This document shows, piece after piece, positions 1 to 11,806 of a DNA stretch of 64,000 nt. The stretch is from the NCBI GenBank assembly GCA_051313645.2, contig JBNRSN020000010.1:76570001-76634000 (forward strand), written 5' to 3'. Each line of letters begins with the position of its first letter. The first letter of the stretch is position 1. This DNA is from Centroscyllium fabricii. Its lineage: Eukaryota. The translations under genes were made by a program, and so were the position numbers. Below the pieces are notes generated by a model. That model was not told the DNA's origin. It searched no databases and was given only the letters and a program-made list of their open reading frames with translations.

Positions 1-578
1 AGTTCTAAAGCCAGCTAATAGAGTAATGGAGAGACTCATAGGCCTACAGATATTCCCCTTGTTAACACTGGACTGTGTGAGAGTTCAGCACAGTAAACTT
101 CTCCTTTACAAATGTTTGTTCTTTCAGGAGAACTTTTGAAAGGAGGGAACAAGTAACTCCTAGGATGTGTTTACCATCTTTTCACCTGTAAGGTTCTGAG
201 TTCAAACCTGTTCCAATACACATACTGACCAAGCCAGAGTCACAACTCTTTAAAAGGGTAAAAATGCTTTCCAGTTTCAATGATAGTTACAATAGGATTC
301 AGACCTTTTAAAAGTCTTATCGATGCTTGAAACTTCTAAAACTTAAGTCAGAAAGATAGTGAAAGAAAGGTGAATATTGGATTCCCATTTCTTAACTGTC
401 ACTTTGATGTAAAGACATTATTAGTAAATGAAGGTATATTGATTGTGGCTTAGGGGTCAGGATTAACCAGAATGGTCACTGCTCTGTTGAAGCAGTGGGT
501 ATTCTGCCTTGCAGCTATGGCCTTTTTGGAGGTCAGGTGCCCTGTGCCCGTTTGCACAGAGGAATTAGACAGAACATG

Positions 579-870
579 NNNNNNNNNNNNNNNNNNNNNN
601 NNNNNNNNNNNNNNNNNNNNNNNNNNNNNNNNNNNNNNNNNNNNNNNNNNNNNNNNNNNNNNNNNNNNNNNNNNNNNNNNNNNNNNNNNNNNNNNNNNNN
701 NNNNNNNNNNNNNNNNNNNNNNNNNNNNNNNNNNNNNNNNNNNNNNNNNNNNNNNNNNNNNNNNNNNNNNNNNNNNNNNNNNNNNNNNNNNNNNNNNNNN
801 NNNNNNNNNNNNNNNNNNNNNNNNNNNNNNNNNNNNNNNNNNNNNNNNNNNNNNNNNNNNNNNNNNNNNN
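579..870. other. N run (292 nt), gap or masked sequence
   Basis: Seen directly. Confidence 0.99.
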
Positions 871-3800
871 GCTGGAGAAGATGCTGGGAGGTTATTTTCC
901 CCCTGTCCTGCAGGGCTGTGTTTTAGTGTAAAAAACCTTGGCAGAAGCATCCACCAGAGCACTCCTTCCACACGCAAGTCAAAAGTTTCACTTTGTTTGG
1001 CTCCTACTCAGCCTTGACATTTCCCAGTTTATTGACGAACGATTACGTTCCCCTATGACTGAAGTAATGTGAGAATTTTCCCATCTGGCTGTGCTAATAC
1101 AAACAAGTATACAACTAAAACCACTGTAGAATTCAATGCAAGTTCTCTTCATTGTCCTTCCATTTTTTAATACATTATTTTAAAGCTTTTTTTTGCTCCA
1201 CTCTTTGTGAAGGCCAAACTGTTCTTGTACTACAGTAATCCCTTCCTTAAGCAGTATTGTTTTTCACATCAAAAAGACTAATTGAATTATCTCATTAATT
1301 TAATTTGTTAAGCAAATGTATTTCACTATCGCAGGATGTGCTCTTGCAGGGAGGGTCCTAAGACTTTCCTTCTGAATGGGTCATTGCTGCATTCTAGCAT
1401 TCATGCATTCATTAGCTTTGTCGGAAGAAAGGAACATTGGTTGTTTTTTTTCAAACAACCAAGCAGCATGGAGCAACTTTTCCATCAACCGCAGGGGTCT
1501 TTCTACATATGTTCTCAACTCTGAGCCATTGTCACCTCCTCTGAACAACTCTGAGGGACAAAAACAACAAAAGCCGGCCACAACAATTCCCAGCAGTTAG
1601 TTTAATGCAGCAAAGGGGGGAAAAAGTAAAGTATAGTTTCCACTCGTTATTGGTTGTTTTCATTTTTATAGATTGTTTTGTTACTGTGAAGAAACCTTTT
1701 AGTGTTGCAGCTCATAATGGGGTGGGGGAGGGGTAGTGATATATGGAAGGTGTTTTTTTTTAACATGTAGATATTTTACTATTAGGGTTTCCGAATTCTA
1801 AACATTGAAATGTATGAGACTTGAGTTTTGCCCTAATATGTGAATAGAGTGAGCCATGTAGCAATGCATAACACACATGCCAGATGCAGGACACTTGGAG
1901 ATGCTGGAATTTTACACTTGCATTCCCTTGTAGTTGTGCTATGCCAATGAAATCAGAATTAAACATCATCGAAGCGGGTGCATTCTTTTTTGATATTGCC
2001 CAGCAACATTACCATTGAGTTAAACAACAAGTTCCTATTGATTTGACTTAGTTTTTAAAAAAATACTCAAAGCCAAGCAGTTAAGATATCTTGCTGAGCC
2101 TGACCCAAGACTGATTTTCATTGACTGAAAGGGAAGGATCCTTAAACTAGATATATTGAGAAGCCCTCAGACCACTCAATTAGCCCCTCGCTTCCTTTGC
2201 CTTTCCTCTCAAGGACTCTCCTGTATGCTCTGCAAAGAACATATTTGATCACAGAATGAAAACAGGAAGTGCTCAGGCACAAAGACCTCCCCCTATAAAT
2301 GCTCACATCAATTTTCAGAGAGATGTCCTTATCTTTGCTACAACAAACACATTGAGGTGGCTCTTATTTCAGTGTAGAGGCTTTCAGGCCTCCATTAGAA
2401 TGTGACAGGCTTTGATGGGGTAAAATTGTTATCTTTTCCAGATTAAAAAAAAATGTCCTCAAATGAAATACTACAATCAGATGCTTGAAATTAATCTTTT
2501 GTGCAAAGCTAAAAGTTTAAATTTAAGTTCAAGATACAATTGCTCATTTCATTTGCCAGCTATCCCAACCAGAATAAAACTGCAGGAATGGAGGTAAGTT
2601 AGAAGATCACTGGGATGCAAAATATGATTCTGAAAGAGAAAAATAATTGACAGTTTGTGAACTTTAATTATGACAAATTTTGGTCATTGGCACAATTCCA
2701 TTTCTGTCACCGTGGTAACACTATGGTGATGAAAATTATCATTAAGTTTGATGCAACACACATGGCCTTTGAGCTGTTAGGCTAACAGTTAACCATGTTA
2801 CACATGGCTACAGGCAATCTTATCCTAGGAGAGGATGTTTGCTTGACACAAAGACTAGTCCACCCATTATAGCAGGGACATAGGCTTTAGCACACCCTGT
2901 TAGTCAGGCTGCCCCTTTTCCAGCAATAGTTCAGCAGGGCCTCTTTTACAGTCTGCCTTGTTGCAGGAGAGTGGACTGCAGTTCCACTGGCAGAGCTGCT
3001 GTAGCCTGTATAGCTTGAACACATCTGCTTATTGTTTGCATTAATAATTGCCAAAGTTATGTTTTGCACTGTTATCAGGCTTTCAATGAAGGAAAATAAA
3101 ATATGAAAACAGAATTATTTACTAGATATTACCTTCTGGTCCAGATCGTAAAAAGTAGCAGTATTTTGAGTTATTCTTAACGTATGTTTTTTATACAGAT
3201 TCCAATGTTCTTCTAAGTTTTGAATTAAATTTATGGTCTCGGTTTAACCCATTCTGGTCCTTTGGACAGTTTTTTTTTGTCTATTGGGACTGGGGGGTCA
3301 CCTAGATTCAGAACTGATTGAGGCTCCTAGTCTCATTTGTCATGTGCTTGTTTGCTGTAGGGACTCGATGTCAGCACTTTGGTCACCCATAGCAACCTAG
3401 GGACAGTTCACTTGTCACAGACCGTGTCTATAGAAAACTAAATGTTCCAGAGCTCATCAGTCACAGAGCTATCAGATAATTATGGCGAAGGCCACCAAAG
3501 CCTCTGCTTTTATCAAACAAGGTTCTCTGCAGCCTTTTTTGTACAATGGAAAGGACAGAAGTCAACACTGTCTGCCATCTGTTGTCTTTGTCCTGTTTTC
3601 TCACATGAAGTAATGAAGCTATGAGATGGGGGTATTAACCCTTCCTGGATTGCAATAACTAACAATTTTTTTAAGCCAGATATAAAACAGAACTTTTTTT
3701 TTACAGCAAGTCTACAAATCTATTCTCAAAACTACAGTTTGAAATCTACCCGATCAGCCACTATTACATAAATGTATTACAGTTACATTTTATAAGGGTG

Positions 3801-4252
3801 AATAGGAGCAGCAATCGCATGGCATTTATACCCTCTCAGCTCTGAATCACAGAAAATGGTTTTTGTCAATTGTTTTGTGCTCTGTGAATGTTTAAGTGAT
3901 GGTACAATGCTGTTTCCAGCAAGTTGTCATGCCAGCACTACCAATTTTTTTACACAGCAGTGCTTGGAGGACGAGTTCACCCAAACAGTTGGCGCGTAAG
4001 AATGGTGCCAGCCATCCCCCACTCCACACAGCACCCACCCCACCCCCAGTCCCCAATATCTTTCTTTTAAACGAGCAGGTTAAGTTTGCCTGAAAAAAAA
4101 TCTCGCACAACTCTGAGCTTACATTGCCAAAAAGGCACTGTCATTTTTCCAATGACTGTAAATATCAAAAAGGATGTTGGTTTGCCACAGGGCTGATTTT
4201 TACATCCTGACATTATTTTAATTATGCTCTTCCCAAAGTGCCCTGTTGCATG

Positions 4253-4504
4253 GTCCAAAGATGTGCGGGTTAGGTTGATTGGCCATGATAAATTGACCCT
4301 TATTGTTAGGGGGATTGAATATGTGGGGTTACGGGGATTGGGTGGGATATGTGCTGGTGCAGGCTCGATAGGGATCGAGGGATATGGGGAGAAGGCAGGG
4401 ACAGGGTACTGGGTTTGGATGATCAGCCATGATCTCATTGAATGGCGGAACAGGCTCGAGGGGCCGAATGGCCTACTCCTGCTCCTATCTTCTATGTTTC
4501 TATG
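4253..4504 (+). mobile_element. 5'-truncated V-SINE/HE1-like SINE with a long CR1-type tail
   Basis: gtccaaagatgtgcgggttaggttgattggccatg matches the copies at 11174 and 45566. It ends in gaatggcctactcctgctcctatcttctatgtttctatg. Confidence 0.85.
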
Positions 4505-5739
4505 CATATGACACCAGTAGAAGGCACCTTTTGCTGCTTTAATTGACATAAAATATGTTTAGCTGAAACGCAAAAAATAAAATTGGCCCCTGTCTTACAT
4601 TTTCTCAGTATTACTTCTAAGTCTAATCCTAGTGTTCAGCTGTACGCCACAGTAAAAGTATAAATATGCATTTTTGGAGGGAAGGCTGGTCTATTGCAGA
4701 TTTAGCGACATATTTGAAATGGCTAAAGCTTTAGCCTGATTTCCAATGCACAGAATATACGATTCATTTGGACAGTGACTAGTAGAAAAGATTGGCAGAA
4801 GCTTGAATTATAATACTGCTGGAAATATTAGCATGTCTTGAGCACCTCTTTCTTATCTAATAGCAAGATGTTTTCATGCTTTACAGATCACCTTCTCTAT
4901 AAAGTGCCACCGTAGGTAAATCCCAAATCCAGCTTAGCTACACTTCAAAGGGCATAAATATTTTTGAACTAGCAGAAGTCAAACACAGTGCTTATTGATG
5001 ACTTTATCTGTAAAACACAAAGAGTACACTGGAAAAGAACTTCTGAGCAGAGAAAGCAATTGCTTTTTCTTCAGAGAGATTTTTGAAACTAAAGCATGTG
5101 GCCCCCTTTACCACTCTGGAGTGCTTACAAAGTGAAAAGAGTCATCTGTTTTTGTGTTGGTACAGTACTGTATTTCCCTCAAACAAACTCTAAAAATGTA
5201 GAGTGCAAATTTTTTTAAATCTCAGTTTTTCACTTGCTTAATATTTTAACCACCCATTTGAATTAATCATGGTTTCCTGTAGGTACCACATTAATCCCAG
5301 TTAAAAATGTTTTTTTTAAATATTTTCAGAAAAGCTTTGTAAATTTGAACTTAAATATAATTTTGTAAAACCTAAGTATTTTCACAAGAATGATTTTCAC
5401 TTATCACCCGAATGTGCTTTTTAAAAAAAAAAACAGTGTCATCTTCCTGCTAGCATCTGCAATTTAATATTCCTACATTGCAAGATCAAAATTTAATGGA
5501 TTAAAAAATGAACTCACCTGCCCTCACATAAATAGCCAGAAAATTACCTTACCATGAAAGCCTTCAATTTTTCAGCATTGAAAATCCAGATTGTTAAGTC
5601 TATACTCATTTCTTAGTCACATACTTGCTATCAAACTTGCTTATTTGCAATATAATGAACAGATAAAAGGGATGCGATCCAAAGGAGATTGTAAAATGTA
5701 CTTGTGTAGGTATGGCTTTATATGGTGTTTTATGTCAGT

Positions 5740-7950
5740 GTTCCACACGATCCAGGTTCTGTGGCAGCGCCAACCTTCGCAGAGCAGGATTGCGTACTTT
5801 TTTGCAGCGCTGCTGGAGGGCGTTGTTGACGAGCTGCTGCTTTCAATGTAGTTGCCATTAATCATAGGCTGCCATGTTGTGACGCAGGTTCTAAAAATGT
5901 ACCATTGAGATGTTGTTATGTGCTGGAGGCCTACAAACAGCACAGGTCTTTGATATTCGTCTCACACCAGGGTAAAGAAAATCCAGAGCAAAAGTGCAAA
6001 TAGACAAAGAGCTAAAAGGGTCGGCGGGGGGGGGGGAGGCGGTTGCTGCTGGGTGGGGGGGGGGGTGGTTGGAGGGGAGGAAAGTAGTAAAATCAAAAAC
6101 AGACACAGGGACTCTTTGCTTTACCAGTGCTGCTATAAATCTTTACCGTTTGACTTGAAAATTAAATGCTGCGCTGTTACATTAGAACATTTTTTGATTA
6201 GGGTGCACTTTACATCAGTTGTGGTAATGTCATTCAAAGCTATCTTAAAAAAAGTAGCCTTAGACTTTTGGCTGCTTTTGTTTTTAACGATAATGTAATT
6301 TTTGATGCCTAAGCATGTAATACGGTGCAACTGCTAAACCACTCCTTTGTATGTCCATAATTGTGAGCGGTTTTGCTTTACCAAAAAAATGGGAAGCAAG
6401 ACAACTACAGAGGTGGCTGCCTTATGAATATTCATTGGTGCCATCGCCCCTCCTTTCTTAGGGGCTCTTGAGATTTCCTGATGTCAAAAGCAAGCTTGCA
6501 CAGGCTGCTATGACACCATTCACAGCCACCTCAGCAACCCTTTGCCAGCGAAGAGGAAAAAAAGCCTGTAATTATCCACACTTTTCTGAATCCCCCCCTT
6601 AATGTTCATTATTTAAACCAGCAGCAATTACAAGTTCAAAGGGGTTTAGGAGGCTAGCAACCTGCATAATCACTGCCAAATTAAGCAGGACTCATTCGTC
6701 ACAGAACAGTACACTCTGAGCAGTGAATCATGCATGCAGTGACAGGCACTGATTTACATGAAGACAGAAAGCCATGGCCTGCCGAGGTAGGGTTGAGCAA
6801 TTCTCCATCCTCCAGTATCCTGGTGTGTACCCTATTCAGTTTGTTTTGGGGGGGTGGAGAGGGTGGAAATCGCAGATATTGCTTGCATGCAGGTAAATCC
6901 ATTAAGCAATTGTAGTTTATACTTTTAGCTCCTGGTTTGCTAGCTGTGTTAGCCGCACAGTAATCGAGTGACACGCCGAGCACTTCAGTCGATGGGCGCT
7001 AACTGAACGCTGTGTGTGTGCCCTTAGCTTAGCTTCCCGCAGCTACAGAGATACTGAGCAGTGTCTACAGAATTGCTTTTCAGGTGGTGATTGAGGATTC
7101 CAGGGGAGAATCTCTGTGATATCCTATTACAGCAACCAGTGACCAGGGTCACACAAAAGAACTCGGCACAGAGAAAAGAAAAAAGACAGCTCTGGGTTTT
7201 ATCGGGCCCAGGTGCTTCTTTTCTCTAGCATAAATTTGATGATTTACATCGACCAGCTTTTTCTAATGCCGTGGTGCTCTGCAGAAACCTTTCTGCCAGG
7301 CATTCCTTCATATGAATCTGCCCCTGCCCTTTAACACACATCATTGTATGATTTGTAAAAACAGTGTAGCCTTTTCTTTCTGTGCAGAAAGTAATTCTTC
7401 TACTTAGATTTTTTTTAAACAAGAAAGAAAAGCTCTTTTCTCCCTCCCTCCATCCCCAACCCAACTCCCCACCCCCCGACCCCCCCGACCCCCGCTCCCG
7501 CAATCAGTCAGGACGATGAAATGGTGCAGCCAACAGATGCTGTCAGTATCTCTCCTTGGTTGATTTACCAGGAGGCGCACTTCAGTGATGTGAGAAGGGA
7601 TTCCTTGCCCAAACAGTTTTACATCCCTCCTACAGACTACTGGTCAAGACTTGGCAAACCTACCCCTTAGGGAAGCCGCAAGTTCAAATGTCAATCGCGA
7701 CCTGAGTGTCAAATGCAGGTTTCCTACTACTACTGCCCCGTTGCAGCATGGTAGCTGTAGTGCCCCATTCTTAGCCTACCCCAAGATTTTATTTGATGTA
7801 CACCAGCCCCCTTAGCTCAGCTTTTGCTTTGGCACAAAATAAACTCTTACTGACCACAACAATTAACAGCATTCTCTTACACAAAGAAAATCTAAGTAGC
7901 TAAGTATTCCTTGCACCATCATTTCCGAAGACTTGTAAATCAGATTAGCA
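5740..7950. promoter_or_regulatory. Putative conserved intronic enhancer cluster (PBX-HOX, MEIS, TCF motifs)
   Basis: No recognisable TEs. TGATTTAC at 6750, 7240, 7561 and 7935 (reverse). TGACAG at 6740 and 7540 (reverse). TTCAAAGG near 6636. Confidence 0.55.
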
Positions 7951-9749
7951 GCGGATTTTGACTAAATATGCTTAGGAATCATTCTTAATGTTATGAAAGT
8001 ATGCATTTGAAAATATATTTTGCATACAAATTTAAAACCTTAAAATGAATGGTGCCGGTACCTATTGCTGTGAGTTTTCAATTCACTATACTTTTGATGG
8101 ATGTGCAGATTTGAATAACAAGCACCTTTATGTTAATTAGAGAGAGAGAAGACTATATGTAGCTTTCTGGGAGAACTAGACATGACTATTAATCACAGCC
8201 AGGTCAGGCGATGGCTCGGACCAAACTGAGTAGAAATAAAATTGCTGCAAATCCCATCTAGTGGCCTCACAATATTGCACTGTACAGTAACACTTCACAG
8301 TTATAAGTGTAGTAAATGCTGTTCAACACAGCAGGCAGATAGTAAAGGAAACAAGGATAACAGTTTGAGACGATTGAGTTTCCTTTATGCACACCTACTC
8401 TCTTATGTCAAAAAAAAGGGGTGGATTATTATCCTATGGGTCCATTACAACTGGTGCTGAGTTTGAAGGCATTAGTTAAGCTTGTGCCTGCTGGTCAAAG
8501 TCTGCAGTTGATAGCTTGATTACTTCATTAATTATTCCGATGTCAAGTAAAAACCAACAGCTGTCTTCCACTTTTAGTCAACTGCATTTCAGCATATGCT
8601 GTCTAAGCTATTTGGGCTACTTCTGTTGGCGGGTTTGTTCCATTCTTCCTACATGATTCTGAAAGTTGTTGAAAAGAATTGAGACACTTGTCAACAGGAA
8701 AGAACTTGAGGTTTATCAAATCTGTTTCAGACCTATTATATATCCAGCTCAAAGGCTAATGACCTGCTGGTGTGCTCAACAATTTAGCCAGCGTTACTAG
8801 AGTTGGTAATGATCACAATGGTTGAACATCAGTATTGTCATACTAATAACAAAGAAACATAAAAGACCAGCAGCCTTAGCTAGGATATGGTAGGACAGTT
8901 GCTCTTTTATTATCTTTTGTAATAAAAGATTATTTGATAAAAACCAAAGGGTCAGAGCTCTTGTGTGTTACCAATTTTTCTGTGCTGTAAGCTGAGCTAG
9001 CTGATGAGTAGCCTCCAGGGAGGAGTCAGGATCACTTTAGACTTCCTGTTAGACCAGACTGGGAAAACAGCTAATGAAAGAAAAGCAGCAAATGCTGGTA
9101 GTTCAGGTAATAGGTAAGAACTCAAATATATGTTATGCATGTATGTTAAAAAATATTTTGATGCTGATTATCTGCTTTAATGCCTTGTATCTATTGTCAC
9201 TAGCATGATAGTGTGTGAACTGTTTTTTAATACTAAATTGCATGATAGAGAAATTAGTTCTATACAAAATTACATTTGTTTTAGCTACACTTAATCCCCA
9301 TTTACATTTATAGATCCACAGAGACTGCAGTAAGTTTGTTTCATCCAGATCGAAACTAAATACAATCCCCCAAGGGTTTAGCAAAGAATTGCCCTAAGTC
9401 AGTTCATGGTAGTAAGGATGGTGTTAAGTAGCTTGTCCAGTATATGTGCTGACTTTTCACTTCCAACTGAAATCAGCATTAGATGTAGATGTGTGATATG
9501 GGTCTTCTACTTCACAGCTACAGAGAGTCAGGAATGAGGTGGGAGATTTTGCTTTAGCGACAATGAGTGCTTGGATCAGTCTAGGCTTTCAAATCTTGGA
9601 ATCCCCAAATAGGAATTTAATCTTCTGAAATTTAAGTCTTGAACTAGCCTTCCATACCCTAGGACTTTGTGCATCCCCTTCACGAGTCTTCTAAGGATCA
9701 GATATACACAGCACAAGAATACAGACTTGCATTCCACAGTACCACATAT

Positions 9750-10573
9750 GGGGGTTATTTTCATGTCCCCGTGAGGCGGGGTTTTGGGGGGCCCGGCTGG
9801 CAAAGTAGTGGAACCGGCCCCGCCCTTCCCCCCCCCCTGCTGGATCCCCACCGCTTTCTCATTTTCCCCCGCCCTGAAACCTTCCCGCCGCCGACCGGCG
9901 GGGATGGGTTGTCACCTCGTTAAGGGCCCTTAATTGGCATCTTTAATGCCATTTTAAGGGCCCTCAGCCATTTTCCCCTGTTTTCCACCCTAACCCCGCC
10001 ACCTCAAACCCCACTGGATGAAACCCAGCGGGAGCACAGCGCTGGTTATAACTTTTGGACTATAACCTGGTGTGTGACTTCTTGAATTTATTACTTTCTC
10101 CTTTAAGGTGTGAAGGACATCCTGCCAAATGCTTGGCATGCCTCCAGCACCTTAGAGGAGATAGTAACTCCGTTCTGGCTTCAGCATCAGCTGTGAACAG
10201 AAACTGAGCAATCTCAGTTCTGACCATGTCCTCACAGCCGCTGCCGAGCTGTGAGGGATTCTGAGCCCACCTGCCCACCTGTCAGTCACCAGCACTTGGC
10301 CTTTCCCATTGGCTCCACTCCACTGTGATGTCACAGTGGAGTGTTGCCATGGGAACTGACAACAACCAGTGCTGGAACTGTCAGTCAAAGTGCTCGCAGC
10401 TCCGCTGCAGTCCGACTCGATTGACCTAATTACCTCCCGCTCCCACCGACGGGGATTTAACAACCTCATTAAACTAAAATTGCGTGACCTTCCCAGCTGT
10501 TTGGGCGGGCTGGACCGGAGGCCGCCCAGACCAATCCCTGCCAGGTTCCCGCCCTTCCGCCAAAGTCCCCCCC
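9750..10573 (+). mobile_element. Non-autonomous PIF/Harbinger-like element, family A copy 1
   Basis: Imperfect TIRs GGGGGTTATTTTC / CAAAGTCCCCCCC and 3-bp flanks TAT/AAT. It is collinear with, and highly similar to, 23864-24705. Confidence 0.75.
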
Positions 10574-11173
10574 AATAACACCCGCTTACCCTCCATTGGC
10601 ACATTAGCAGTCAGGTCACTACCTACCCCAAGAACAAATACTGCCCTCCCATTGGATCAATTGGTATCAGACATAAAAGCTAGGCTTTGTAAAAAGACAT
10701 ACCAGTAGTGATGGGGTCCATTTCCCTTTGCCTTTTCCCCAAAGCTGTTATAATAAAATGGCAGGAAAGTAATAGTGGAGCACTGTTGTGAGCATAGGAA
10801 TTCAGGATTGAATCTTACAATTCCTGCTAGTGCCTGGGATTGTTATTTATAGAAACATATAGAAGATAGGAGCAGGAGTAGGCCATTCGGGCCCTCAAGC
10901 CTGCCCCGCCACTCAATGAGATCATGGCTGATCATCCAAATTCAGTACCCTGTTCCTGCCTCCTCTCCATATCCCTTGATACATTTAGCCTTAATAAATA
11001 TGTCTAACTCCTTCTTAAATATATTTAATGACTTGGCTTCTACTGCCTTCTGTGGTAGAGAATTCCACAGGTTCACCACTCTCCGGTTGAAGAAATTCCT
11101 CCTCATCTCTGTCCTAAATGGCTTACCCCTTATCCTTAGACTGTGACCCCTGGTTCTGGACTCCCCGACCATC

Positions 11174-11511
11174 TTGAGGGCGGCTCGGTGGCACAGTGGT
11201 TAGCACTGCTGTCTCACAGCACTGGAGACCCGGGTTCAAATCCAGCCTCGGGTACTATCTGTGTGGAGTTTGCACATTCTCCCCGTGTCTGCGTGGGTTT
11301 CCTCCGGGTGCTCCGGTTTCCTCCCACAGTCCAAAGATGTGCGGGTTAGGTTGATTGGCCATGATAAATTGACCCTTAGTGTGTTAGGGGGATTGAATAT
11401 ATGGGGTTACGGGGATAGGGTGGGATATGTGTTGATGCAGGCTCGAGAGGGATCGAGGGATATAGGGCCCCGGCCTGCTAGTCTAGAACGCCCGATCCCA
11501 AGTCGACCTCG

Positions 11512-11544
<33 letters not shown>

Positions 11545-11806
11545 GGATGGGAGACCATCGGGGAAGACCAGGTGCAATAGCAGGCAGTGACCACAGAGGA
11601 GGCGCTAACGCACAGTCAAAAAGCAGACCGTTAACCGGTCTGTTAAAAACTCCATCCACCACTTCGAAAGAAGATACAACAAGAAGAAGGAGGGATATAG
11701 GGAGAGGGCAGGGGCGGGGTACTGGGTTTGGATGATCAGCCATGATCTCATTGAATGGCGGAGCAGGGCCGAATGGCCTACTCCTGCTCCTAGTTTCTAT
11801 GTTTCT
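11174..11806 (+). mobile_element. V-SINE/HE1-like tRNA-derived SINE inserted in CR1
   Basis: A box TGGCACAGTGG, B box GGTTCAAATCC, V-domain tgtgtggagtttgcacattctccccgtgtctgcgtgggtttcctccgggtgctccggtttcctcccac, and a CR1 tail. The host CR1 resumes at atcaggagcatcc. Confidence 0.9.
11467..11689 (+). mobile_element. 5S rRNA-derived SINE (SINE3-type) with 12-bp TSD
   Basis: The 5S internal control region reads CTCGGAAGCTAAGCAGAGTCAGGCCTGGTCAGTACTTGGATGGGAGACC. It is followed by a ~105-nt unique tail ending CAACAAGAAGAAG. TSD GAGGGATATAGG at 11455-11466 and 11690-11701. Confidence 0.9.

Noticed and set aside
450-1017. ORFs spanning the N runs (also 18488-18944)
   Set aside because: They are artefacts of translating through Ns.
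6018-6080. G-quadruplex-like G/C runs (also 7440-7500 and 62325-62380)
   Set aside because: Low-complexity tracts common in such genomes, with no evidence of function.
11178-11250. tRNA genes (also near 22900 and 45570)
   Set aside because: These are SINE heads that continue into V or Deu domains.
11467-11585. Functional 5S rRNA gene
   Set aside because: The 5' end is diverged, there is no oligo-T terminator, and it has an added tail and a TSD, so it is a retroposed element.
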